A stretch of 63,126 nucleotides of DNA, filler included, from Hausera hauseri (GCA_046269625.1; 9 parts of 9 records of this genome joined end to end with filler, not necessarily neighbours in it); one strand, 5' to 3'. Shown: positions 1-13,520, counted from the whole stretch's first letter. The notes: generated by a model from the letters alone, not told the origin. Numbers and translations: made by a program.

Positions 1-37
1 TAAATTTGATATAAACTCAAAAATAGATAATTTTAAA

Positions 38-1768
38 TTGAGTGGTTTATTCACAGATCCACTTATGAAGAAAGCATTAAAAAATTTAAAAGCCGAAGTT
101 GAATCAGTTCAGAATGAAAGTAAAGGAGTTTTGAAAAAAAATTCATTTCAATATCTCCATATTTTGGAACTTATTATGGTCTTATTTTCCGTTAACCAAG
201 AAGTAAATTGTCTCAATAATTTTATGCTTAATAATTATTTTCAGCATTCTGAAGAATTTAAAACATTGAGAGTATATCAAATAATTTCAAAATTAAGTGG
301 AAATACTGATAAGTTGAATTTATCGAAGGCTTGTGAAGCTTTCTTTCATTTTCTACACGGCACGAAAGATATTATTCCTGAAGAGTCCATAAATGAAACG
401 GAAAAAATTATTCAAGATTCTGAAAAGAAAATGTTCAATCGTATGAATTTCACCATAGATTTAGCAAAAGTTCTTTTTAAGTCTAAAAATAAAGTTGTAA
501 ATGCACGTAAGATTTACTGTTGTATTTGTATGTTTATTGTTTTCAGGTAAAGACCATATTATCCGAACTACAGAAATTGAAAGCCACGTACACGTCATTT
601 TTTGAAAAGGGTAATATCGAAGCATTCATCACAACAGCCCATCTCGATTTATGTAAATATACGTTATTAATGAAGGCATCAAAATCACGTATCTATAATG
701 AAAATTTCAATGAATACGAAACCGGTTATCGAATGAGAAAAATTGGATTGAAACTTCTTAGTTTTGTCCAGAGAACTAATGCTCAATTGTACAGTGAATT
801 GTATGAAACTTTGTATTATGTCTGGACTGGAATCAACATTCTCATAAATGGTTTGCATCTCACTGCTGAGGTATCAACATTTATGAAGGTTGGTCGAAGT
901 TCGCTCATAAACCAGCTGGAATATTTGAGAGATTTCAATGTTTATTGTGTATCTTCAAGGGTGAAACTGGCTCTACAAATGGTGATGCACAACAATTTCG
1001 TGTGTCAGCGGATTGCCGAATTGGAATTACGAGATTCCCAGTTGTATTCGGTTGAACACGAAGCCAACAGTACATTCGATTCATTGGCTAATAATCTCAA
1101 TGCCATAAACTCGGACGCTGAACATGATGACTATTCACCGAATCCTTTCATTCTAGACAATCTTACGGATAGTCCAAAAAAATAACAAAAATTCTCTGCA
1201 TACCGTCACAATTAATACGACCAATAACGGCAAAAAGTGTTACTTTAAAAACGATTTCCTGAATGTTACCTCCGTTGTTCGATCGTATATCTGGAAAAGT
1301 TTCAAACTTGATAATCAATATTCTTACAATTCCGATTGGGAGAACTTGCTTATTTCACCACAGGATGATCAATTGACGTTAACTAAAGAAGAATCTGAAA
1401 GTATTTTACAAATTACAACACCGGAAAATTCTCCGCCTAAAATCATTAGCCCTTTACATAAACAAATACTAGCGCCTGTTAAACAATTAAACAAACGTTG
1501 TCGCTATCGTTACACAGATTCGATGAAAAACATTTGGGAATATTTTCCAGATATCATCGCTGTCAAGCAATTAGTTTTCAATTCCTGTCTCAAAGATATC
1601 AACAATGAGTCGAGGAATAATTTGCGGAATATATTTATCCTGTTGTCACCTAATGACTTTTATGCGAGGATACGCAACAAACTTTACAGTCGCGTTGTTC
1701 ACTCTGTGAGAACATATACTTCATCAATACATGTCAATATGCCGCGTGCTCACAACCTCCTTGTATAA
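38..1768 (+). CDS. Partial host gene, helical-repeat protein with weak resemblance to the separase N-terminal region
   Basis: ORFs 38-550, 520-1185 and 1346-1768 lie on one strand. A ~50-nt GT..AG intron (GTAAAT at 497 to TTTCAG at 546) would join the first two in frame. The separase resemblance (W..I..L, C..R..ELEL) is weak and recalled from memory. Confidence 0.3.
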
Positions 1769-1809
1769 GAAATGATAAATGCCAGAGTAACCTACGAAGA
1801 AACACTACA

Positions 1810-4800
1810 TGTGGGGATTTCGGTTACTCCGAAATTTTAGACCCACCGCGGCGCGGCTGAGGTCCCAGCCGCACACCCCGCACTATTGCATCAGACAGCA
1901 CTCTTCGCTGCCGCCCCACAGCACGCCCCCGGACACACGACCTCTCCGTACTTCATTTTCCTTTTTTTAAATAACCAACACATTCACACAAATACAGTAA
2001 CACACTTACACACTGCGGCTATTTACAACTTCACCTCTACCTTACTTCACTCCTCTAACTTCCATATCACACATAATGGATCTCTAGTACCCCTCGCTGG
2101 AACTCTACAATCCTCCTCAACTCATTTGTTTACACATTCACCTCCGCATCCGTGGTGGCATAAATTCATCTCCCACTATTGAAACCACGGACAAACCCAC
2201 CAAACCACCGATCTCTGTCATTTACCCAAACAAAGTGCTTCAAAAACCCCCACATAGCACACACTCCCCACTCATTCACCCTGCACAGAATACTTCTCAA
2301 CATCCAAAATTCTATCAAAACGTGGTGAAATCTTCATAAATTCTGGCTCCAATCACAAAACGTCGTCGACCCCTTATCCAAAACCAACAGACTGTTTTTT
2401 CATTTACCTGCTTCCATAAAAACAAAAATCACAAACATCATCGACATCCTTCAGCACACCGATCAATATGCTCAACTTTATAATTCCGTTTTTAAGCTCA
2501 CTAAGCCGTCAATCGACTCCATCATTCAAAGATTCATCAAAGACAACACCATGGGCCTTCAAAAGCCTTCTGAATTCTTGTGCACACCGTTGTCTCACCT
2601 CAATACCCTTGGCGTAACATCTGAGCATAGTCCAGTACTTCTTCGTCGTTACTTTTTAAATGCATTGCCCCTTCAAATAAGGGCCTTGCTAACTGTGGTC
2701 GAAGACTCCACGGCGCTGAAAAAGCTAGCCGAACTGGCGGATAAAGCATATGAAGTGTTGCACTCACACACAACACCAAGTGTCTCTGCGGAATTAACAA
2801 CAAACCACCAACAACAAAACGCAATGCTGCAGCAACAAATTGCGCAATTACGCACAGAAAATGGAATGTTGCAAAAGCAAATAACAACATAAACGAGAAA
2901 TTGAATGAGTTAACGCTGCCTCGAAGGGGTTTTCTAGGGCTGCTTCCCCTAATGTATTTAATCAACGTCAAAGACGGTCGCCTTCGCCCGCGCGGACGTC
3001 TATTTGCTACTACCATAACAAATTTGGTAATAATGCTCAGAAATGCTGCATCGGTTGTAAATTTTACTCCCCCAATTTTAATACAAGCAACATCGTTTGC
3101 ATTTATCACTCAAAATTTGGAACAAAAGCACAAAAATGCATACCTGGCTGTAACTACAACACGCACAATAAAATCAACACTATTAAACCCGCACAAAATA
3201 GTAGGCCAAACTCACTAGCTACAAAAAACTGATTTCGCCGCTAGGACATACGGCAAGTTCTAGCAAAGGCAACAACCTACAAATCGATAGCGGACACATT
3301 TCTTTTGCTGTATTCACGTTGGAAGCGGCAGTTGTCACTGCAATGAAGCAAAACATAAATTTTCTCATAGACACCGGCGCAGCAATCTCTTTACTACCAC
3401 CAACACAGCATATCCAAAACAATTTCACTTAAAAAACAGCTGTTCACTGCGTCCGGTAAACCTTTACAAACTTTTGGTGTTACTAAATTAACTTTCACAC
3501 TTCCCAGTTTCCCAAACACATTTACATGGAAATTTACAGTAGCCAATATACTTACACCTATATTGGGTTCAGACTTTCTGTCCCACTACAATTTACTTGT
3601 AGACTGCAAACGATGTTCCTTAAAGAAAGGAAATAATCTCAATCAAATTAGCAGCATTTCGGTGACCACCCGGGCGATTGCTTCCAGCAAGTCAATACTA
3701 AAGGAAACGACTTCCGATTTAAATTATTTTTATAATCATTCATTATACAGAAATGTTTATTACGGTAACAAACACGATATTGCCAACTGCATGGCACCTA
3801 TTACTAATAGTACAGCTGCAAACACCATCTTCGACACGAACATCCTGCACCAAATACCACATTGTCATAACACCTTGTCTACACCTCATACCTCAACTGC
3901 ATCCAGTCACGATGCATCGACACCGCCTGATAACTTTTCATCGTTGCCATCTGACTTACGGCAATATATTTCGTCTTCCTGCACGCGTCTTTTGCAAAAG
4001 GACAAATCATTCATACCACCTCAATCCACCTTCCGTCACATAGTAACAGCACATCAAAGACCAATACGTCAAAAGATCCGCCCATTATCGCCGCGCCGCA
4101 GACAGGCAGTGGAGGCTGAGTTTCTCAAACTGGAAAGATCAGGAATAATCAGAAGATCCAAATACCCGTGGTCTTTACAACTGCATGTGGTTCCAAAAAA
4201 GATAGTACCTTTAGCCCATGAGGTGATTACCGCCAACTTAACATCACAACAACAATGGATGCCTACCCTCTACCATTAATCAACGATATTCTTCACAGGC
4301 TCCATGGTTCGACACCTTTTCCTTTATTGATTTACACAAAGCGTACAACCAAATTTCAGTGGCCCCAGCAGACATTCCTAAAACGGCTGTCATTACACCT
4401 TTCGGCCTTTTCGAATACCTCTTTATGCCTTTTGGACTTCGTAGCGCTTCTCAGAACTTCCAAAAGAATACTGACGCAGTTCTCAGGTTTAGACTTTGCT
4501 TATCCATATATTAATGATATCCTAATTGCATCATCTTCCTCAAAACAACTCTCTGAACACTTACGTCTAATCTTCGAGCGCTTGCACCAAAACAATTTGC
4601 AAATTAATTTCGCCAAATGCTCTTTCTTTAACATAAGGTCAACTTCCTAGGACATGTCATTCGCTTCTCCGGACATTCACCTTAGCCAGAGCGCATCATA
4701 GCTCAAAAACATTTAACTGCTACGTACGTCAACAGAGATGCGTTCTTTTTTCGGAACCTTGCACTTTATTCACAAGCACGTTCCACACTGCTCCACTCTA

Positions 4801-7420
4801 ACCACTCCATTTCCATCACTAAGCTCTGGCAAGAAAAACAGACTGTTCAATGGACCGCCAAGCTAGTCAGCACTTTTGATCACCTTAAAGATAATCTAAA
4901 AACCGTGGAAATTTTGGTCTATCCCGACTCCCATGCAGAACTCTTCTTAACCACGGATGCATCCACAACAGCTGCAGGTGCTGTCCTCCATCAAGTCAAA
5001 AATGGATCCCATGAGCCATTAGAAATCTTCGCTCGAAAATTCACGGTACAAGAGCAAAAATATTCCACCTTTGACTGATAGTTGCTTGCAATGGTCCTTG
5101 CCGTAAAACACTTTAAGCATCTGCTAAATGCACGAACTTTTACAATGCAAACGGAACACGAGCACTTGCTTCAAATTCTCACCATGAAATTGCCTTCTCT
5201 CCGTCAGAAGAGGCAAATATCGTATTTGTCCACATTTACTTTTGAAATTAAGCACCTAAACGGAGTCAACAATTTAGTAGCTGATTGATTTCACACAAAT
5301 TTTCCCTCAATCTAATCTTCAGCAAAACTAAACAACGCATGACATCCTTAAACCTTTTAAATCGCGCAAAACCATTGACGGTTTGGCCTTTGACACCTCC
5401 AAACCTAATAATCCTAATGTCATCCTTTATGAATCGCTTCAAAAAGAAGCATTCAACAACATCCATTCGCTGCACCATCCTGGTGCCAAGGCCACTTTTC
5501 GTCTCTTACAACGCCAAGTAGTATGGCCGTCGATGCGCTCTAACGTGCATGCATGGGTTAGACAGTGTGTGGCATGCCAAAAATACAAAGCTACTAAGTA
5601 CCTAAAGCCACTACTATATCATTTTCCTTGCACGTCTCGTTTTGAATCTGTTCACATTGACCTTGTAGGCTTATTACCCTTAGACAACGGCTATCAGTTC
5701 ATCCTCACTATGATGGACCGTTCCGCTCGATGGCCAGAGGACGTCCCGCTTCGGAGCACCAGCACAGAAACAATCGCAGACGTTTTCATCCGCACTTGGA
5801 TCAGCATGTTTGGATCACCTCGCTACATCATTTCGGGCCAAGGTCCACAATTTGAATCCAACCTGTTTAAAGTTCTTTTCAATCGATTGGGAATTAACCG
5901 CATTCACACACCACCATATCATCCCCAATCAAATGGCCTTCTCGAACGCTTGCATCGAACGATGAAAACGTGTCTCAAAATCCTTGCGAAGTCCAATCGC
6001 AGTTGGACTACGCTCCTTCCGTACGTTCTGCTTGGACCGCAGAACACACCATCTACTTCTACAGGCTGTTCACCTGCAGAAGCATTATTTGGCACCTCTA
6101 TCAGACCATTATTCGAGCTGGCTGAGCTGGACAATATTCCTACAGACAAAATCATTCAAGAGGCACAGAGGCACTTCGTTGCAATCAGCAAAAACTCATT
6201 TTGTAGACTATTACACAGAAATAAATCTTACATATCCGACGATTTATATATTACCAAGTTCGTATGGCTAAAGAATCAGACGTTATGTGGTTTTCAACCT
6301 TACTATATCGGCCATTACAAAGTAATGCGCTTACACTCTCACAACATCATCATCCTCAAAGACGACAAAGAAGTAACAGTCCACATGAACAACGCTAAAC
6401 CGGTTTTCTTCATTGACGACATGTCTCTCATCGAAACCACTTCGCCACCAACATCTTTACACGACGCGCAGCAATCCAACAATTCACATTCCATCTCAGC
6501 TCAACCCTTTAACCCACTTTTATCTACGTTTTATCCCAAGACTTCGGCTTCAATTTCTTCTGACAATTCAGCCTCATCTTCTCCATCTGATTTTGCACCT
6601 TGAAGCCTTCTTATACCTCTTTCATCCCATGATAACAACCTTCTTTCTCCTCTTACAATACCTCCTCTATTAAACACTACTTCGAATTCACCAATCTCTC
6701 CATCTACCCCTTTTATCATTCCAACCACTTGCACACCACTTTCCAAATACTTTCCTTCGCCTTCTCCACCTTCTTGCTCTCTTCCATCTTGTCCCTCTTC
6801 GCCGTCTTCTCTCTCTCTTTCTTCTTCCATACCTTCCTCATCTTCGGCGCTTTCTTTCTCCCTTTCTCCTCAAACATCGCCTTTTGACCCTTTCATTTTT
6901 GCTTCGCAACTTCCTCCTCTCTTAACTTCTACCCCTATCTCTCTTCCTCTCTCCACCACTATCTGTCTTTTATCTTCCACTTCCATTCTTTCACCCAATT
7001 CAATTTCAACTTCTACAACAACATTTTTCTCTATTCCTTATTCGCCTTCTTTTTCTCTTCATTCAGACTCGTCTTCGAACAACACTACACACAACAAAAT
7101 CTGACAATTTTTCCCCAACTTCAAACCCTGCAAGCAAACACATCGCATAAAGACAGAACACGCAAAGTCACATTTAGCAAGTATAGCAGTGAAAAATCAG
7201 TAGAAGGCACCAAAAGTCTTGTTCACACTAAGACCGACTGACACATACACTTTTTCGTTTAGCGCTTTTTTTCGTCTGTTTTAATCTTTATAGTTTTCAC
7301 TTTGCCATGGGGGGTGATGTGGTGCCCACAGCTGCCGGTGCCCTTTGACCCATTTGGTTGGGCACGGCCGGGCGTTCGCTGCCGCCACGTCGGGCCCATA
7401 GGCGGGCCCAATCTTGCACC
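1810..7420 (+). mobile_element. Decayed Ty3/Gypsy LTR retrotransposon (family A, copy 1)
   Basis: Gag fragments with two CxYHxxFG..C...C knuckles (~3000-3160); protease FLIDTGA (~3360) and LGSDFL; RT (DAYPLP, YIND replacing YIDD); RNase H TTDAS; integrase HH-CC, HIDLVG, YHPQSNGLLER; purine tract GGGGGGTGA then TGTGG at 7318. Many stops and frameshifts. LTR boundaries uncertain. Confidence 0.93.
5383..6603 (+). pseudogene. Gypsy integrase with Ser/Pro-rich tail
   Basis: HSLHHPG..CVAC zinc finger, HIDLVG, ISGQG (second catalytic D mutated), YHPQSNGLLERLHR, PYYIGHYKV. Confidence 0.93.
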
Positions 7421-7572
7421 TCGAAAATTTATTCCAACCTAACATTCACGACAGAAATCAACAACACAACACCATCGGAAATTCGTACTAATCCCCAGTT
7501 GTCGTTTCTTTAACCGTGCGTTGACAATTGTTAGCAATCGAATTGCGGTAGTCAATTCGTCATTAACTTTAG

Positions 7573-7720
7573 CATCATTCTACCATTGACCGGAGGCGGA
7601 TTGACGCACTTCAGTCCGCATCAGCAGAATCTACAGTGCGATTCATACACGAGTGGCAGCGGTTCCGGTATGCCGTTTCTATTACAGCGAACAATCGCCA
7701 GACAAGTTCAGCTAATCAGT
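7573..7720 (+). pseudogene. Isolated exon fragment of a TGF-beta/BMP type I receptor (GS box)
   Basis: TSGSGSGMPFLLQRTIARQVQL is the canonical GS domain. TTTAG acceptor at 7572. No GxGxxG kinase sequence follows. Confidence 0.85.
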
Positions 7721-8529
7721 GCAAACAGCGCCAACGAAGCGCATCCTCAAATATTGATTTTATTTGTAGTCTTGATTTTCAAAGAAAAAAATTTCCGTGT
7801 TGATTATGAAACAATTCAATGTTTTCAGTTTTAAACCGATCATGTTGCTTTCACTTTATATCAGTAATTAAAGCAATTACAAATAAATGAAGAATTTAAA
7901 ATACCAGTACAAATACTCTCAAAAATATGCAACAAAAGTCTGCCGAAATAACTGACGAATGTGATGAATCTGATAGAGACAAGCTTAATGCAACAGTCAG
8001 AAATTAGCAAAAAATTTGGAAATTATATTCGAAGCATTCTCCAATATGCAGTACAGTAATCGTTATGTAATGTTAATAGATGACTTCGATGATTTTGCAA
8101 TAAACAACGAAAGATAATCACAAAATTCATACTGGTTGACAGAGGCACACAAATAACTTTTGATGCGGAAATGAAAGATAGCTTCTTTTATGTCAATGGA
8201 TATATGAAATGCAATCAAACAATCAAATCGTGGCTCGTTTTCAACGAAAAATCGCATTTAGATCTGAATCCGAAAGACCAAACTCACTGTGTAATCAACA
8301 AGACTTTTCTGTGAACAATCGAGATATTGATGGTTATTTTGATAAAATCCAAAATTTCGTCCATCGTACGCAGCAAAATTTGTTAAATGCATCAATTAAA
8401 AAATATTATCAACTTCATAGAATCTCAAAATTACAAAGGATTGCAAAATGAGCTGAAAGTCCAAATCAAAATGGACCATCAAAAAGCCACAGTCAGGAAT
8501 AAGTCAAGAAAAAACTTTAACGAATGATC

Positions 8530-8629
8530 NNNNNNNNNNNNNNNNNNNNNNNNNNNNNNNNNNNNNNNNNNNNTTAATTAATTAANNNNNNNNNNNNNNN
8601 NNNNNNNNNNNNNNNNNNNNNNNNNNNNN
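8530..8629. other. Artificial contig spacer (also at 12842-12941, 20119-20218, 24538-24637, 30380-30479, 38134-38233, 42916-43015, 59030-59129)
   Basis: Identical 44N-TTAATTAATTAA-44N blocks; the linker places stops in all six frames. Confidence 0.99.
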
Positions 8630-9000
8630 GGCTGTCATTGGCTTCACGGTTCAGCTTCGTGTGCTCTTCATGCAGCCATTCAGCTATATTTGTGTTTTCC
8701 AATATTGGTCTATTTTTGGTCTTGAAGGCCCTATTTGATTTTTCAGCATCGACATTGACGTATGTGGCCTCAGGTTTCATATTAACCGTAAGAGCCTTGA
8801 TCTCAGTCATATTGTCCTGCAGGAACCCCTCTGTTTCTCCCTTTGTATATTCCAGGAACTCCTTGATGGTTCTTTGTCCAGTTGCATCAATGACATATTT
8901 GCGGACATTTTTCTTTAATGCAGCGGCATCAACTGGCCGCTGTCTTTGGCTTTTTGATGGAGCCGCTACGCCTGTTGAGCCTGAGGCATCTGATGGGCTT
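8630..9000 (-). pseudogene. Polinton/Maverick-type DNA polymerase B, N-terminal region fragment
   Basis: Open minus frame AALKKNVRKYVID..IKEFLE..VNMKPEATY..RAFKTKNRPILENTNIAEW resembles the region just upstream of the conserved GSGW motif of Polinton pPolB. Cut by the contig end. Confidence 0.6.
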
Positions 9001-9070
9001 GATTAGCTTTTAATCCTGCGAATTGTACTGCGCACTGTACTGCGGACCATATTTCGGACTGTGTAACTGG

Positions 9071-9604
9071 TCAGTGCTCATTAAATATAATCTTCTTGGA
9101 CTTTGATGCAAAGTCAGTCAAATGATGCTTGTGATCTTCATGAAACTATATGTATTGTCCATCACATACAGTCTCACATCATGGGCAAATATAATAGAGG
9201 ATCCTATTGTATTTGTGGCCATAATAGCTCCTCATGGTATTGTGACTATTCTCGGGGCTATGTATTGTACATGTGCTATACATATATGAACTGCACCTTT
9301 GGTTTTTTGACACAATAGACGTTCTTGGCATATTGTTATAGAATATTTCTTTTTTCTGTTTGACGGAGGAAATCAAGTGATGTTTATGGACATTGTAGAA
9401 TTCCTCATACCCTCTCCTGCACAATACCTCACATGTAGGGCATATATAATATTGGATACTGTTGAACATGTGGCCATTGTATTTAACCATAGTACTATGG
9501 CAGGTTTCCGGCTCATGCGTTGGAGCCAAGCATTCTTTGTAAAGTTGACCCATCTAAAACAAAGCAATTCTTTGATGAACACAAATAAGTAAAAAACTTA
9601 CCAT
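9071..9604 (-). pseudogene. Cys/His-rich gene with two tandem B-box-like zinc-binding repeats
   Basis: Repeat 1 YYICPTCEVLC..HKHHL; repeat 2 YYICP*CETVC..HKHHL after in-frame stops. ATG at 9604 is followed by a 48-nt GTAAGT..TTTTAG intron (9554-9601). Confidence 0.55.
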
Positions 9605-9849
9605 TCGCGGAAGTGAATTTTGAAAATAATGAAAAATATAGCTATGTCAGCGTGCACTGTCTAATTTTGATAATTGATGAAGTAAAACACATGTAAGGAG
9701 ATAATTTTAAATGGTGGGGGTAAATTTTGCACTGCATGCGTTTGTTTTAATTCATCAAATGAATGAACTTGTCACGTAATTATGCCATTTCTTGTCAAAA
9801 TCATGCGTTTGTTTTAATGCATCAAGTGATTTACATATCTGGTGGCGCC

Positions 9850-11120
9850 ATATTCGAATAGGCTTTGACCATGGGGAATCGATTAAAGCTATCTGATTTT
9901 TCGAGTAATGCAGGCTACACTAAATATTCTAGTTTGAATCGATATTTCATCGAGTTTGAATCGATATTTCTTCGAGTTCGAATAATGTTTTCGATCATCT
10001 GACACCAGATTCAGATTCGCCATATATGCTTTCCTCTCTATGCATGCTTAAAGATTTACCAATTTCAATGTGCTTCACCTTCAAGATTACCTCAACTGCT
10101 TAATCATAATAAAAATGACTTTGCATTTAACAAGAACTTTTAACATATTTGAAAAACCTTGTTTTTATACACCAATATGCACTGCACCGCACTAATCTTG
10201 ATCGCCATATAGGTTTTCGACCATGGGTAATCAAACGCCGTCATTAGATTCTTCGAATAATGCTCGCATGACCGAATATTTGAGTTCGAATAGCCAAGTA
10301 TTTGACTTTAAGTTCGATTTCGATTACCTTATGTCATATTGCGATTTAGCATACATGACTTCCTATCAGCCCGGCTATTATATTTATCGATTTCCGCTTC
10401 ACTGCGCTTCAGATGCACATTTTGCTTAATTCAAAATATTGATTTTATTCCTATATAGTACATTTTCATGGAATAATTTTTATGTACAAGGGGGCATTCA
10501 TATACGAGGAATTGATTCCCACTGTTTGATTTTTCGAATAGTTCGAACTTCCATTTTAGATCTGGAAAAATTTCGAATTTCGAGTTTTCGACTCTAGATT
10601 CGAGTTTGCCATAGCCGATTTCCTATCTGTCTCCGCTCAATATTGTATCGAATTTTGCTTCTCTAAGCTTAAAAAACTATTGAAAATATGGACATTTTTC
10701 ACTTTTGATCGATATTAATCGATAACTAGCCGATAAGTTTAAATTCTAACTACACATTCATATACTACACTATGTTTCCTTTCGATTGCACCAGGTTACA
10801 TGCCCTAAGCATCTATATTGGATTTATCGGAAATCCGACATTATTGATTTCTGGACACTTGCACACATGTTTTTGTACTGCACTCCATATATCAAGGTGC
10901 ATCTCGATATGCTCTATCCACCTGCACTTGACCCCGGTCAATTCTATCACTGTTACGCTGCACATACGCAAAAATGTGAAAAGTTAAAACGTGAACTGGC
11001 AACCGTATTTAAGAGCACACCAATATCGAGCACTGCACTGAACAATACTACATCAAGTGCTGCACCTGCCTGTATAGCGCCATATTGATATTATTGATTT
11101 AAAATTTATAGCGGAAAGGC
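9850..11120. repeat. Array of diverged 300-430 bp repeats rich in TCGA/TGCA palindromes
   Basis: Recurrent GACCATGGG(G/T)AATC (~9867, ~10219); TTCCT(A/C)TC blocks (~10031, ~10360, ~10620); TTTAAATTCTAACTRCACATTCA (~10738, ~11171). Confidence 0.55.
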
Positions 11121-11123
11121 ATG

Positions 11124-11529
11124 TGGCGGTTCGGTCCCACTTGCGAATTATTCGAAAACCAATCAATCGATTTAAATTCTAACTGCACATTCACATAGCC
11201 CTTATGTGTGCTACCGATTTCACCCGGTTGCAAGTGCTAATAATCAATATTAGATTTATCGGAAATACGATATTATTGATTTTTGCACACTTGCACATGT
11301 GCTGCACACTTGGAAAGTGCACCAATCGATGCGCCCCGATGTGCACTATCGATTAGCACTTTGTCCCGATCGATTCGATTAATACTGCACTGTTCAGCGA
11401 TCGATTTGTCAAATGTGCAAAAGTACCGTTGCCTAACACTCCATATATCGATACTGCTCCGGGTGCACTATCGATTGGCAAATGTGCAATATCGATTCGC
11501 ACACCCCGGGAGGTGGGACCGACCCACCA
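11124..11529. mobile_element. Putative MITE bounded by 17-bp imperfect inverted repeats
   Basis: TGGCGGTTCGGTCCCAC (11124-11140) versus GTGGGACCGACCCACCA (11513-11529), 15/17 complementary. Confidence 0.45.
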
Positions 11530-12941
11530 TTTTCCTCCTACTTGAATTACATTGTTGTCTTTAATAAAATTAAACAAATTGCCATTCAAAATATCTTATG
11601 TCTTTGCATCCAGTTTTCTTTGTAATAAATGTGATTTTGGATGGCACTATATCATAACTCTGATTCCTGAAGAATGTCATTTTTAAACATGTTAAATGTG
11701 TCAGAAAATGTTGACTATCCAGATGAAATGTTGTAACATTATATTGTAAGACGAAAAAATTTTGAACTTGATTGAATAATTGATAACATATATGGATTGT
11801 TCTTTATGGAGGCCATATTTTAACAAAATGGCATTCTTTGGGCGACAGAGTTATGTTTTGGAGTGTCATTTTGTGCGACCCAAAGTCAGATTTATTCATC
11901 ACAAAGAAAACTGGATGCAAGGACTTATAAGATATTTTGAGTTGCAATTTGTTGAATTTTATTCAAGACAACAATTAAATTCAATAATATAATCTTAAAT
12001 GACACAGCAACAAAGAATCAAAGCTCGTTTGAAGACCATAATATCAAAGTTTTTGTTATGGTTGATGAAGCCTCGATACATTAACATAACTGAAAATGTT
12101 TTGGCTGTTATACCACGTAATGTTAACAAAAATAGATGACAGTATTCAACCAAAAAAGAATAACAAGCTCCCATTTTGTGTATATGGAAATTGATTGACA
12201 ATGGAATAAATCCCATCACGTCTTGAGGAATGTTTAACCAATAAAGGACGTTTAACATCATATTAAATGTATAAATCAATATTTAGAACGAATTTTACTT
12301 ATCAAATAAATGGTTTTGGTTGAGCTGTACTTTTTTGCCGCTTATTTGATTGAGAGAAATGGGATGCATGCATAAAAATGCGTTAAATTTTTACAACAAA
12401 ACAGATTGAGTCATTTTTTAAGAACTACCATTTGTACTTCTTGTTTAGTTTATCATACAATTATTTCTCAAATTGTGAACGGATATTTCATAATATTTGT
12501 GGGTTTTGTTGATAAAAATGCGATTGCACTTTTATGGTCAGTCTGCACTTAATGAATTCAATTTGAACAGTTGGCGTTTGGTTAACAAATAAAACAGTGA
12601 CATTTTCCACAGTGCGGCTACACGAATATTTCTACTTTACAGTGCACTTACTCATGATTTTTCTCCCATAATTTTCCGCAGTATATTATTGCATTTACAA
12701 TCATGTATGTGTGTGTGTGTGTGGATAAAAGCAGACAAAATAAATTTTTAAAAGATAAAAATTCATTTATATTTAAAAAAAATATTGTAAAACAATAAGG
12801 TTACTATTGATATTGATTTTTGGTACTAAAGATCAGAACCANNNNNNNNNNNNNNNNNNNNNNNNNNNNNNNNNNNNNNNNNNNNTTAATTAATTAANNN
12901 NNNNNNNNNNNNNNNNNNNNNNNNNNNNNNNNNNNNNNNNN

Positions 12942-13520
12942 TGGTTTTCGGTATACGTTTTCGTAATACTATGGAACATCATCTTTTGGTTCCTCATTTC
13001 TGTTTCGTAGAAATCGACTACTACTATTCCCGATTCTCTTCCTTTTCCGGTATCATATTCACCTCCTTTACAGTATCCAGCGTGCATATCCTGTTTTCCA
13101 ATAGCTACTTTATATACTCGAATTATCTTTCCTAGCTGGGCCTCCAGCTCCATTCCATCTCATCTCAATCTTCCGGTTTCTTTAGCCTGTTTACACTGTT
13201 GTCGATGTAAATCCATAGGTAATAGCGGTGTCGTCGGTTTTACTATCGACGAGTGTCCGTGTATGTTTCCACAGTGGAAAATACTTCGGGATCGTCGCAA
13301 CATGCAGTCCATTCCGTCTGTTGCAATTAGTTCGCGCTGTTGATATAAAAAGTACCTTTTTTCAATCGTTACTAACTTGTGAGGTCTGGCATCTTCGCAT
13401 AGTTCCAAATCCATTAAGGAATATCTTTGTCCAACCTTAAACTTATCGCAGTCATATACTGTGATTGCACCGAGCTGTCTAATTAGCATCATAAGCGTTA
13501 TCAGTTTAATCATCCAATTT
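12942..13520 (-). pseudogene. Chuvirus-like fusion glycoprotein N-terminus with internal signal peptide
   Basis: WMIKLITLMMLIRQLGA hydrophobic signal, then VYDC..YSLMDLELC..C..IFHCGNIHGHSSIV..C..ETG, matching the chuviral G pattern (YDC..SLLD..EC..CGMHSHxSIV). One in-frame stop at 13160. Confidence 0.82.

Noticed and set aside
6531-6830. Glu/Gly-rich minus-strand ORF
   Set aside because: Antisense shadow of the low-complexity pyrimidine-rich integrase tail
8574-8585. Recurrent TTAATTAATTAA palindrome as a biological repeat
   Set aside because: Always centred in a fixed 100-nt N spacer; it is an assembly linker. Adjacency across spacers carries no meaning, and ORFs containing X runs are artefacts.
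11560-12700. Possible decayed gene
   Set aside because: Stops in all frames and no recognisable motif; cannot be supported
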